DNA of 64,000 nt, from contig JAAOMT010000400.1 in the NCBI GenBank assembly GCA_016748015.1, positions 578,113-642,112 on the forward strand, given 5' to 3'. Numbering within the stretch: position 1 is the first letter of the stretch; every line of letters begins with the position of its first letter. Below are positions 48,948 to 60,899 of the stretch, piece after piece. The translations under genes were made by a program, and so were the position numbers. The stretch comes from Geosiphon pyriformis uo1. Lineage: Eukaryota > Fungi > Glomeromycota. The notes beneath the pieces were generated by a model. The model did not search any database, had not been told where the DNA came from, and saw nothing but the letters and a program-made list of their open reading frames with translations.

Positions 48948-51900
48948 ATGGGTGATTACTTATATTTGCCACAGCAATCAGAAGAACACTTTATAGCACA
49001 CAACAGAAACAACCTAGATTTCATTGAACTTAATCCTCTGCCCTCCTGCTTGATCTGCTTCCCTCTTGAAGAACAATCCAATAGACAATTCCAAGACTTT
49101 TGGAACTGGCTCCTGAATGAACATTCAGCTGAAACCTATACAGCTTATACAACCTATTACTTTGACCAAGCTTATTTTGAAAACAACTTTGAAGAAAGAA
49201 ACAACAGTATCAATCAGCTCTTATATTCTGCAACCTTTGAACAACAGCCCCCTGATTTTGAATATCTGAATTATCAAATCCACATTTGGATTGCTGCCCA
49301 TTAAGCAACTGAAACTCCCTTTGAAACAGAAGAAGAAAGCTACTAAACTGCCTCTGTTTTTGACTATTTATTAAGCGAATCAGACTCGTCTACACAAACA
49401 GTTACCCCTAAACCAATGACTAATGACCTCATGCAAGCAAACATTTTGGCCGTCCTCCAAGGTATACAAACTGCTTTAGGAAAAAGAAACAATACCCCAC
49501 TACCACTATTTAGAGATAATGCACAAGATCTAATTGAATGATTGGATGATTTTGAGAGAGCTGCCACAGCCAACCAGTATGATGAAGAATACAAGTTCCA
49601 AATTGTTGGTGGCTACCTCCAAGGCTCTCCTGCTACCTGGTTCTTACAAGAAACAGATGCCAATGCTCAACACAGAATAATCAGATGGACACCAATCAAT
49701 GCTAGAGAAGAAAATACTTCTTTTACTACCCGATTTGAGGCCAAGTTCAGAACCCCAATATTAATATCCAAATGGCACATGGAATTAGAAAGAAGAACCC
49801 AAGGCCCTGGAGAAGTAGTGACTGAATATGCCAAAGCTATTAGAAAGCTAATCAAATATGTAGACTCTGGGAGAAATTGGACAGAAGAACAGAAAATTCA
49901 CTCCTTCACAAAAGGATTGAGAACTGATCTATCATATGCTCTTTGGTCCCTTCTGGCCCTAAAAGACAACTCTACAATGGACATGGCCATTAAACTTGCC
50001 CAACGAATTGAAGACAACCAAAGAATACATTTGGAATCTACATTTCCAGTTTTTGCTCCTGCTTCTGTCATGGCTTCTGCCTCTCAAATGGCTGCTGCTT
50101 TTTTTGCTGCCCAAACTCAAGATCCAAATGAACAATTAATTAATAAACTCACAGCCAATTTTGCCCGGTTATTAGAACCTTTGGCACAAGCAGTCAGAGA
50201 TAACCAGCAACCACCAAGACCTAGATACGAACCTCGTTTTAATTAGCCCCAGCAACCTCCCTATCAAAGACAACAAAATCATGGCCCACTTGTATGCTAT
50301 CACTGTGGATTAACTGGACACTTTTCAAGAGATTGCAACAATCCTCCACTGCCTCCACCAGTTCCCAGAAACAATAATGCCCAGAACAACAGACCCAACA
50401 ACAACAATGTTCCCAACCAAAGACCCAATCATGCCAACATCAATTTCTTTGGAGAGGATCCCCTAGTTGAAGCCACTGTTTATTAGTCTTTAAACTGGTA
50501 GGCGCATCTCCAAAAGATGAGAGTGCAAGCCAATCAGAAGAAAACCCCTTTTACACTTTTAACTTAACTAATGACAACCATAACATGGATGAATTAGCAA
50601 TCAACCCCTCTAAATCCACAAGAAAGAAGAAGAAAGCCAAAGTTGATTTCGTTCTGGACCCCAATAAAGCTTCTACATCAACTGCTAACAACAATAAGTC
50701 CCCAAAAGCCAAAATTTTCAAGAACTCTCCAAAGTTGGAACCTCCAGAAATAGTACAAAAATCCGGCCCCTATTCTGTTGTCAAAGACCTCATGGAAACC
50801 CCAGTACATATAATCTTTGGCCAATTGATGACCCATCCACAATTCAGAAAAGATTTTTGCAAATCTCTGATTCCAAAGAAAAAGACATCCAAAACTAACA
50901 AACGCCCTCGCCAAGCTGGACTTGCTGACAATAGCAATATCACTTCTCTAATTTGCAAAGCCCAAGTGGTTGGCTACTTCATTGATTTGATCCTAGACAG
51001 TGGATCATCTGTTAGTGTTATTGCTAAACACTTTCTTGAAGCAATTGGCAGAAAAATTGATGAACCATCCACATGACCAATGATCAATGTGCATGGTGAT
51101 AAAAAGAAAGGATTTGGCATAGTCAAAGCTATTCCTGTCCGCATCAATGGCATCAGCATTGAAACTGATATGGAAGTATCTGAAGTGAAAGAATACACCA
51201 TTATTGTTGGCAATGAATGGCTCAAGAAAGCAAAAGCTTTGCTTGATTATGAACTCTGTAAACTAACCATCAGATGTGGTGAGAAATCCATTGTGGTTAA
51301 GTGTCGTCATTGGACAACTCCCCCAGTATCCAAGCAGAGCCCAGAAAAAAATGAATTAGACAAATCAGATGATGAAGAAAGTGAGGAAAAAGAAGAACAA
51401 GAAGAAACTGCTAAACTCACTTATACCATCTTTATCAGCAATGACAAACCATTGGATAATGTCAAGGCAGATAAAGAAGGAATCATTGTCAATGGCAAGC
51501 TGATCTGCTGGCCTTATTATGACATGCTCAGAAGAACCTTTGACAGAAAGCCAGGCAAGAAAGCCAAATACAGTTATTGGTGGCATGGTTCTTGTGCCTA
51601 GTGCTGATACGACAAACCATTGTATTCTCCTAGTGATAAATGCATGTCCTGCCTGATCTATTACAAAGATTGGGAACCAATCAGCTTGATATCCTGTGAG
51701 GAAATAAAAGAAGTCCAAAAGTCTTTTGAAAACAAACCACCTGAAATCCAATTACTGGTTGTAGAACAAAGAGAACTCTCTCCAAAAGAAAGAAAAATAG
51801 ACATTGAAAACCTGCTGGCTAGAAACAGTCCAGTTATCTCAAAAGAAGGTAAACCTCCTGAACATACATATGTGATACAACACACCATCATCACCAGAGA

Positions 51901-54551
51901 AACTTGCCCCATCCATTTGAAGCCCTATTAATCCAACTGGTGCAATGATGAGTTTATCAAAAAGGAAATAACCCGAATGAAAAACCTTAGATTCATACAG
52001 GAAACTAAGAGTGAATGGGCATTCCCGGTTGTAGTGGTATCCAAGAAAAGAGAAACCCTATGCTTTTGTGTTAACTATTGCCAATTAAATGTCATTACTA
52101 AAAGAGACATGTACCCACTTCCCAAGATTAATACAAGGCTAGACCAATTTCATGGTGCCACTTTCTTTTCAACCATTGACTTAACTGCTGAATTCTGGCA
52201 AGTAGAGATGGATCCAGAAAGCAGAAAGAAAACTGCCTTCATCACCAAGTATGGCACCTACAAATTCACAGTCATGCTTTTTGGTTTCACAAATGCTCTT
52301 CCCACCTTTCAATGCTTAATGGACAAAGTATTTGAATCAGTAAAAGAAAACTTTGTTCTAGTTTACTTGGACGACATAATGGCATACTCAAAAACCTGTG
52401 ATGAATACTTTGAACATTTGCAAAAGGTTTTTGACCTCCTTAGAAATGCTGGCCTTAAGATCAATCCAATCAAATTATTCTTTGGACGTTAATCCACCCA
52501 GTTTCTTGGCCATCTTATTACAAAAGATGGAATTTTTTCTGATCCAGCCAAAATTGAAAAAGTTCAAACCATTAGACAACCAATGAATATTTATGAACTA
52601 CGCTCTTTTCTTGGTTTGGCCTCTTATTATTGCAAGTTTGTCAAGAGTTTCTTCAAAATTGCCACTCCTCTCAATTAGCTACTTAGAAAAAACATCAATT
52701 ATCACTGGGGCACTCATCAACAAAAAGCATTTAAAATTCTGAAGAAAAACTGGTTACAGAACCCATCCTTATGCAATCTAATCTGGATCGATCTTTTATC
52801 CTCCATACTGATACATCTGGTTATGAACTTGGTGCTATTCTTTCCCAGAAAGACAAAAATGGCAGGGAACATGCCGTAGCATATGCCAGTAGAACTCTCA
52901 CACCAGCAGAAAGGAACTACTCAGTCATTAAACAAGAATGCTTAGCAGTAGTTTGGGCTACCAGCTACTGGGACAAATATCTTAAGGGTGTGAAATTTTT
53001 GGTGGTAACAAATCACCAAGCTTTGGTTTGGTTACACAACAAAAGAAACCTGGAACATAAATGGATAACTTGCTGGATACTCCACTTGGATGAATTCGAC
53101 TATGACATTCAATACTGCAAAAAAGCTAATCATCAAAACGCTGACGCTCTTTTCAGACTTATCATCCAGTGATAGTAAAACCCTCCCAAACCAAACCAAC
53201 TTAATTATTTGTAACTCCCCCACAAACAAACACAATAATGGACTTGGACAACTACTCTGCCTTAATAGAATTTTTGGGTAAAGGACAATACCCGCCGGAT
53301 TATACTCGACAGCAAAGAGAACATTTGCACAAACAATTAAATTTCTATTTGATTTGCCAGAACCAGTTATATAAAAGAAATAGAAAAGATCCTGACTGCC
53401 CCCAGAGAGTCATTAGATTTGAAGAAAGAGAAATTGTAATCTACATTATGCACACTGATTTATTAGCTGGACACTTTGGAAAAACAAAAACAATTCAGAA
53501 AACTTTAGCTTACTATTATTGGCCTACTTTGGGAAAAGACATTGCTGAATACATTAAAACCTGTAATACTTGCCAAAAAAAAGGAAAACCTAATCGCAAA
53601 GAAGATATTCATCTGATCTCTGTTGGTCAACCATTTGACAGAATTGGTATAGATGTTGTTGGACCTTTAACAGTAACTCCTAATGGCAACAGATACATTA
53701 TCACAGCTACCGACTATCTTACAAAGTAAGTAGAAGCAAGAGCCACCTCAGATCAAACAGCAGTCTCAATTGCCAATTTCATTTATAAAGATATTATCTG
53801 TCACCATGGCTGCCCCAAAGAACTTTTATCTAATAAAGAAAGAGCTTTTCTCAGTACACTGGTTAAAGAACTTTGCAGAAAAATGGGAATACGTCATAAA
53901 CTCTCTTCTTTTTATTACCCCCAAACAAATGGCCTAGTGAAATGTTTCAATAGAACACTATATAAAACCCTAGCCAAAACCAGTGAAGAAACCAACCTAT
54001 GAGACAAAGTATTGCTTTCAGCTTTGTTTGTCTACAGAACTGTGAATCATGACATAACAAGTTATGAACCCTTTTATCTGCTTTATGAACGAATGACAAT
54101 TCTACCAATAGAAACGAATATAGAAACAATACCTTTTGAAAAAATAATAATAGGAGATTACAAAAACATTTTGCAAAGAAGACTTGGTACCATTCTTGAC
54201 TCATTGGTAGAAGCACAGATAATTGCCTTTGAAAAGATAAAACAGTTCCAAGAAAAGCTCAAAAAGAAAAAAACCTATAAAACACTTTCCTTAAGTATTG
54301 GTAACTTAGTTTTGGAATACTATTCAGACAGAGACAATGTCTATGGTGATAAATTCTCCAGCTGCTGGAAAGGACCCTTTATAGTCAACAAAGTTTTGAA
54401 CAATGGTTCTTATATCTTACAAGATCAATATGGAACAATCTTTAATGATCACCCTGTTTATGGCACACGACTCAAGAAATATCACAAACGACCTGATTGG
54501 TTACCTGTTGTGGTAATACCAACCCAAATGATCAACAAAATTCAGATATAA
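48948..54551 (+). pseudogene. gag-pol: Family C gag-pol (gag, CCHC, PR, Cys-rich linker, RT, RH, IN)
   Basis: Capsid 49542-50246; CYHCGLTGHFSRDC near 50295; LILDSGSSVS; RT with YLDDI (51977-52492); RNase H 52771-53172; IN 53238-54551. Confidence 0.93.
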
Positions 54552-54592
54552 ATAAATGCACTATTCCCAAAACAGAGGTATCTTCAATCAAC

Positions 54593-55210
54593 ATGAACAA
54601 TTATTTTCTAGATCAAAATATTCAAAACGCTTTCTACACTCTCCATGAGTACTGGATCAAAAATTATCCAAATGCTACTCTAACCATTGGAAAACAAACC
54701 ACCATAACTGATAACAGTAGAACACATACTGTTATTAGACCAAAAAAAACCACTACCAGAAGAGAAAAAATTGGTAGCAAAATGGATAAGTATTTGCTGA
54801 AAAGCATAACAGCAGCAATACTTACATCTTTCATGACAATTGGAAAAATGATTAAAGAAATCTTGCCCATAGACAAAAACTTGTCATATAGAAGGCAATT
54901 AGAACTCTATGATTGTCTTGGTGAAATCATAGAAGAAATGAAGCTCATAAAGAAAACAACTTTAGAGATACAAGTGGAAATTTTGGGCATTATACGTTTA
55001 GATGTCCCAAGAGTTTTGACCATTGCAAGAAAAGCCAAAACTTTTATACAAAGATTTGGTCTTTTGGATACAAAGCTTATTTTGCCTCAAGTACTATATA
55101 CTCTATCCACAAAAGACTTCAACAAACTAATTAGTTTTGAGTTAGACAAAACCCTTTAATTAGAATACCCTATAAATAGCTTGATTTCACTGGAGCTTAA
55201 TCTCTTTGAA
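54593..55210 (+). pseudogene. Family C ORF3, nearly intact, function unknown
   Basis: ATG at 54593 with ~190 open codons; conserved in copy 1 (17507). Confidence 0.8.
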
Positions 55211-55218
55211 GAGGATGA

Positions 55219-55861
55219 TATTACAGTTGAAACCCATAATTTTTATTAGTTATCACATGTATTAGTTACTGATGTCATATAATTAGCCACTCTATTTTTA
55301 GATAGTGATTATTGACCTAGTCGTTAATCTGGTCATTAACCACTTTTAATAGCTATATAAGCAATGAGTCTCTTAGCTGTAGAAAATCATCTCTCAGACA
55401 AGAATTAAATAAATAAAAATAACAACTTTCATCTCAAACACTTTCTTATCACTAATTTTCCTTTTCCTACCTTCAAGTATTCGAACATCTTAAGATAAAA
55501 GATTACTTGTTGGTCTTTTCTTGACATATATAATTGTAGCATTTGAAGATTATTTGAATAAACATGACTGAAGAGCACAAGTTAATACCTGATATTGAAT
55601 TCTAAGAGTGCCAATGTGAGACATAGAATTATACCAGCAGTTATCAATTGTTGACAGTACGGACTATTTCTCTACCTTCAGATTCTCTTATTACCTTTTG
55701 AAAAGAATAGCGACTGAGATATTTTATGAGACTGATCTCGCACATTGAATCCATATTCATTCAATTCGCTCATTAAAGTTGAATCCCCTTTGATTATTTC
55801 CATCACTCTACAATCCTGTTCTCTCTTGCTATCTGTTAGCTTGTTACTCCAACCTGTAACA
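55219..55861 (+). repeat. LTR-C (3' LTR)
   Basis: Direct repeat of 48241-48895; terminal TG has mutated to TA. Confidence 0.95.
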
Positions 55862-56491
55862 ATATCATCAGTATTATTTGCTTATTGGACAATGAAGTAA
55901 GACACCACACAAACAACATCATTTGAATTGATATATGGTAAAACAGCAACATTACCAGTTGAGATAGAAGTTAACACATATCCAACTGAACCAATAACAG
56001 AAGAAAATTTCCAAGAAACATTGTTAAAAAGAACATATGACTTAATGGAAACATTGGAAAACAAATGAAAAAGAGCAGCTGATAAAATACAAAAGTCACA
56101 AGAGAAACAGAAAAAAAGACATGATAATCAACTACCAGACAAACCAGTTGAATTCAAAATTGGAGACAAAGTATTCTTACATTGTACCAAAGCAGAAAAA
56201 CAATAGAGTGGAAAATTTGACCCCAAATGAGATAGACCATTTCACATAAAAAAAATTCTAAGGAATAGAGCTTACAAATTAAGACTAGATAACAAAATTT
56301 TAACCAAAGCAGCACATGAAAATTGACTGAAACCATACCACAACATCACACCACTATTCACCAGTAATATTCCACAATTAAGAGTACAAAAGATACTAGT
56401 CCAACCAGAGGAAATTCCATGAGATCTGAAACCAATCATCATCATTGACAACAACACGTTAAATTAATCCATAAAAAGAATATATAAAGAC

Positions 56492-57151
56492 ATGGTAGAC
56501 ACGACAAGAAATATTAGAAAAATGGAAATTACAGACAACATCCATTTACTAGCACAACAACTCTTTCAATTGATTCAACACCAAAAGATGAAAATTACAA
56601 TTAATCAACAAACCATTCAATATCAAGACACTAGAAAAATATCACCACATAGAACACAGAAGAAAACAGAAAATACTGTTGACAAAATCATTGTGAAAGT
56701 AAAATTAGCAATAAAAAAGTTGACAAAAAAGTCACTATATTAAGAGTTGACTAAAAAAACTTGGAATTGGTGGATACAACAATTTTCAAGAAACTATTGT
56801 TATTTTTACTTGGGACAACACGTGAATATCCAGAATCTATATATGGATAAAACAAAGCAATTATTCAACATCAGAATACTACAACAATTAAAACATTTTG
56901 TGGGAAAGAACAACTTATCCACACAGACCCAAGTCATATACCAAATACACACAGCATTTCAGGATCGACCAGAAATCTTACTCAACAAAGCAATGGACAC
57001 AGTTACCAATAATCAATTAAAAAAGATCATTAATGCTCAATTTGAAGAATTACAGACTCAAATAACACAAGTAATTCTTGAAAATGAAATTCAGGAAATA
57101 CTTCAAGAAGGAGAATTAACAGAGTTAGATTTTGATGGGGCTTAAGATTAA
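56492..57151 (+). pseudogene. Family B ORF3, function unknown
   Basis: ORFs 56492-56743 and 56747-57145 are in one frame separated by a TAA (CAA in the other copy); the frame ends at the PPT. Confidence 0.8.
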
Positions 57152-57164
57152 AAGGAGAGAATAA

Positions 57165-57941
57165 TATTACTTATAGAAATATAGAGAATATATATTAGCA
57201 TAGTTATTAACCAATTAGAAGTAGACATAGTAAAATATGGAATTCCAGGATTCCTCTTAGGAATTGCAGGATTCCTGTTGTGAAGAATTGAAGAATTAAG
57301 GAATCTCAATTATATATATATAGCAGTAGGATTAGAAGCTAAAAAGACAGACCTCTCAGTTTAAATTTCATCTAGACAACCTTCCAAACCACAAATAAAT
57401 AACTGTTTGTTATCTCAAACCCGCTGTTACTATCAATACTTCATGTTGATAATAATTAATCTTTAACCATACTGGAACAATAGCTTTTGATTATGGCTAT
57501 TAATGGAATACTAATTTGCAAATCGCCTTGGCTTATTTCTTTTCTTTCTTTATTTTCTTTTCTTTTTTTTATTTCTTGCTTTGATTTTATTGTTGTTTAC
57601 TAACTCTATTGAGGATTAATGTGTGGGATACTGATATCAGGATAAACGTGACTGGTAAAAAACCCAGAAATAAGGGTAGAACACTCAATTGAGGATAGCT
57701 TACCAGAAAAAATACTGGCCATCAAGCTGAGAAAGAAATTGACAAAACTGCGGTTTCGGGAAGCTATGAATAAAACTATTACCATTAAATCTCTGTTTAT
57801 TATACAAAGAACTCAACCAAACCCTTTGAATATAAATCTGTCAGACACAAATCTTCAGATCACTATCAATTGCAACTAAATTTGAGCACCAAGTTATGAG
57901 TTTGTTATCTAATCCAACACCAGAAATAGTCACCTGTAACA
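57165..57941 (+). repeat. LTR-B (3' LTR, 777 bp)
   Basis: Follows the PPT AAAAGGAGAGAATAA; ends CCTGTAACA. Confidence 0.92.
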
Positions 57942-59440
57942 ATATTTAATTTACTATTTAATTATTTTTTAAGATTAAAAAACTTTATTAAAAGTTTTAT
58001 TTAATAATCAAAATTAATTTATATTAGTATTAATCTTCTTAATTATTTAGCCAAAAGCCAAAGTGAATATTCAGAATCTTAATCAATAAAGAAAACATTT
58101 TTGAAATAATAAAAAAAAAAGAAAAAAAAATTACAGACAATAAAAAATAATAATAAAGAAATAATTATTATTTATATTGCAAAAATTCCTAATTTTTTTG
58201 AAAAAAATACTAAAACCAGTTTTCAAAAATAACTTAATTAAGTAATTAAAGCAGAAAATACAAATAAATAAGAATAAAATAAAATATTACAAGTCTTTAA
58301 AACTGTTTTTTTTAAGTAATTTACAAACAAAAACACTTTAATTATTTTTTAAAACTATTTTTAAAATATTAAGCAAGAATTATCTAAATTTGTTATGACT
58401 TATATTAAGAAGTTTAACAAACTTTCCCAAAAAATTTGCCAATTAAAAACAAATATTTATTACTTTAATACTCAAGTTTTAGATTAATTTATTGTTAGTT
58501 TAAAGAATAAATTAATCAAAAAAGTTTGCTTATATGTTTTAACAAACTTAGCTATTGCTATTTAACATGCTAAAAAATTATAAAAGAAACAAATTAAATC
58601 AAATTTATTAATTTAATCATTGAAAAAACCAGTTTAATAAATAATAAAAAAAATTAACCAATTTACTAAGAAATTTAAAATCTATTTTGTTAATTAATAA
58701 AAATATTAACTATTACAAAAACAAAATCAAAAAAATTTATTATCATCTAACAACTAATTTCAAACTTTTAATTGCTATTATTATAGAATTTTAGAACATT
58801 AAAAATACAATTATAGAAAAATACCAAAAAATTAACAAAAACAAAATAACTAATATTATTTTTTTCAATAATAATAATTATATAATCTACTATCTATTTA
58901 TTATTTACTAAAATTCAAGCTTATTTATTATTAGTCTGCTTTATAATAACTATAATAGTATTATCGACTATTTTTAATTAATTATTAATATAAAAATTGT
59001 CTTAATCCAACTAATTTATATTATAAAACTATTTTTAGTTTAACAATAATAAAATTGGTTTTAATAATTAATTAATATTTTATAACAATAATTAACAACT
59101 ATTCAAATACTTTTATACTTAATTTAACTATCTTATAATGTTTAAAAACCAGAATTTTTATCATACTGTATTTTTAAAAAATAAAATTACAGCACAACAA
59201 CAAAACTTTTTTTCTAACAATATTACAATTTTACTAGCAAAAATAGCCAAAAATACAAATATTTTAGACATTTTTTCATTTAAATTTAAAGTAAATAAAT
59301 TATTTTTTTTACTTAACAATATTTTTACATTAAAACAAAAAACAATCACAACTATATATACAGAAGTTAAAGTTAAAGAAAAACTAATTTGATTAATTTT
59401 AGATAATAAATTTGTTAAAAGTATTATTATCTACTAATAA
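57942..59440 (+). mobile_element. Ghost of a family A gag-protease region
   Basis: TATATTGCAAAAATTCCT...ACCAGT...AAAGCAGAAAATACAAAT matches YIAKIP...ETS...KAGDAN of 298-1302 after C>T/G>A decay; ORF 59138 ends IYTEVKVKEKLI, resembling the pre-protease segment. Confidence 0.7.
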
Positions 59441-59479
59441 TAATCTTTAATATAAATTTAAATAACTGGTTATATATAA

Positions 59480-60880
59480 GCAAATCATAAATTGTTTTTT
59501 TTATTTTTTATATTTAATAAGTAAAGTTCAAATACTATTTAGTACAATATATCAAACTAAGCAATTTAAACTAAGTATAAATTATGTATTTTTTATATGT
59601 AACTAGTTACTTAAAACAATATTATATATTTATATACACAAAAACCATATTTTTAATACCTAAAAAAACAAATACAATTTGTGTATATTAAAATTAATTT
59701 CAAAACTTTAATAATTTCAAGCAGCTTAATTATATCATTAGACAATATAAACAAAAAACCATTATTATAATTCAAAAATTTAGCAAAAAAATCATAAAAT
59801 AATATAAATTATTTAATCATAATATAACACAGTAATAATCTTAAAAAAATAATGATTAATATAATAATAAGTATTATTTTACAATAATGATAAGTATTAG
59901 CTTGCAATAATAACAAATATTAACTGATAATAGCAGCAAATATCAGATTAAGATATTAAAAAAAGAGTATTATAATGTGTTTTTTTGTAAAACTACAAAT
60001 ATATATATATATAGTAACTTTAATATTAAAAAAAATAACAATATTATCTAACAAGTTCATCTAATAATTTCTACTTTAATTATTTTCTAAGCTTTTATTT
60101 TTAAAATAAATATTTACAAAAATTTTTAATCAAAAAAAAATGAAAAAAATATTAAAAATTAAATTATTATAACTTTAAGTATTAAAAAACTTACTTGTAT
60201 TATTTACCAAATAAAACTATCATTTATTAGTTAAATCTTTTGAAAAAATAATTTTTGATTAAAATTATTTATATTATTACTAATTAATAAAAAACTTTAT
60301 TATGAAAATTAAGAAAAGTGCTAAAAATTATTAATATTCTATATTTCTAAATTAAAAAAATGCATTAGACAATTACAAAAATAGTAGATAGATTTTAGTT
60401 TAGTCTCTAAAAAAAGTACATAAATATATACAACAATTAGAAATTGAAAAATAATTTATATTACAACATTAAAAAAAAAGTCTTTAATATAAACAGTAAT
60501 ATTATTATACAAATAAAATTAAGGAACTTATAAAAGACTGATTGCAATTAAAATAAGATATTAAAATTTAATATATCAAAAAAACCATCTTATAATATTA
60601 TTAACAGTCACAAATACTATCTTATTATATAAAATCAAACTATTTTTTTTCTATAAAAGCATAATGTTTAGAATAAATAAACCAAATATTCAACCTATAT
60701 GCCAATCTCAAATCATACACAAAATTTATAATTTTACTGCTAGCAATTTTAACATCTTTAAAAATAAACAAAAATTTATAAAGCTAGTTTTTAAAAATAA
60801 AACTTTTATATAAAACAATATATATAATAATATTAAAAAACATAAAAAAAACAGTTAAAATACACATAATAACAACCAAA
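59480..60880 (-). mobile_element. Ghost LINE 3' portion
   Basis: T-run and degraded 3' UTR near 59490-59620; residual RNase H-region similarity. Confidence 0.5.
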
Positions 60881-60899
60881 GCTTTTTGTCTCTCATCAA

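Larger units (their letters stand above)
48241..55861 (+). mobile_element. Ty3/Gypsy family C copy 2, full length, inserted in family B integrase
   Basis: LTRs 48241-48895 and 55219-55861; TSD ATAC/ATAT; PBS 48902-48918; PPT 55208-55218. Confidence 0.95.
40034..57941 (+). mobile_element. Ty3/Gypsy family B element (second subfamily), probably recombinant; interrupted by family C copy 2
   Basis: LTRs 40034-41028 and 57165-57941; PBS 41031-41047; PPT 57150-57164; flanks TGGG/ATAT do not form a TSD. Confidence 0.92.

Noticed and set aside
54300-54551. Chromodomain at the integrase C-terminus
   Set aside because: Integrases of B and C end shortly after the GPF and HGxRLKxY motifs, with no aromatic-cage pattern.
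54593-55210. ORF3 as a retroviral env gene
   Set aside because: No evident signal peptide, furin site plus fusion peptide, or transmembrane anchor, and it is too short.
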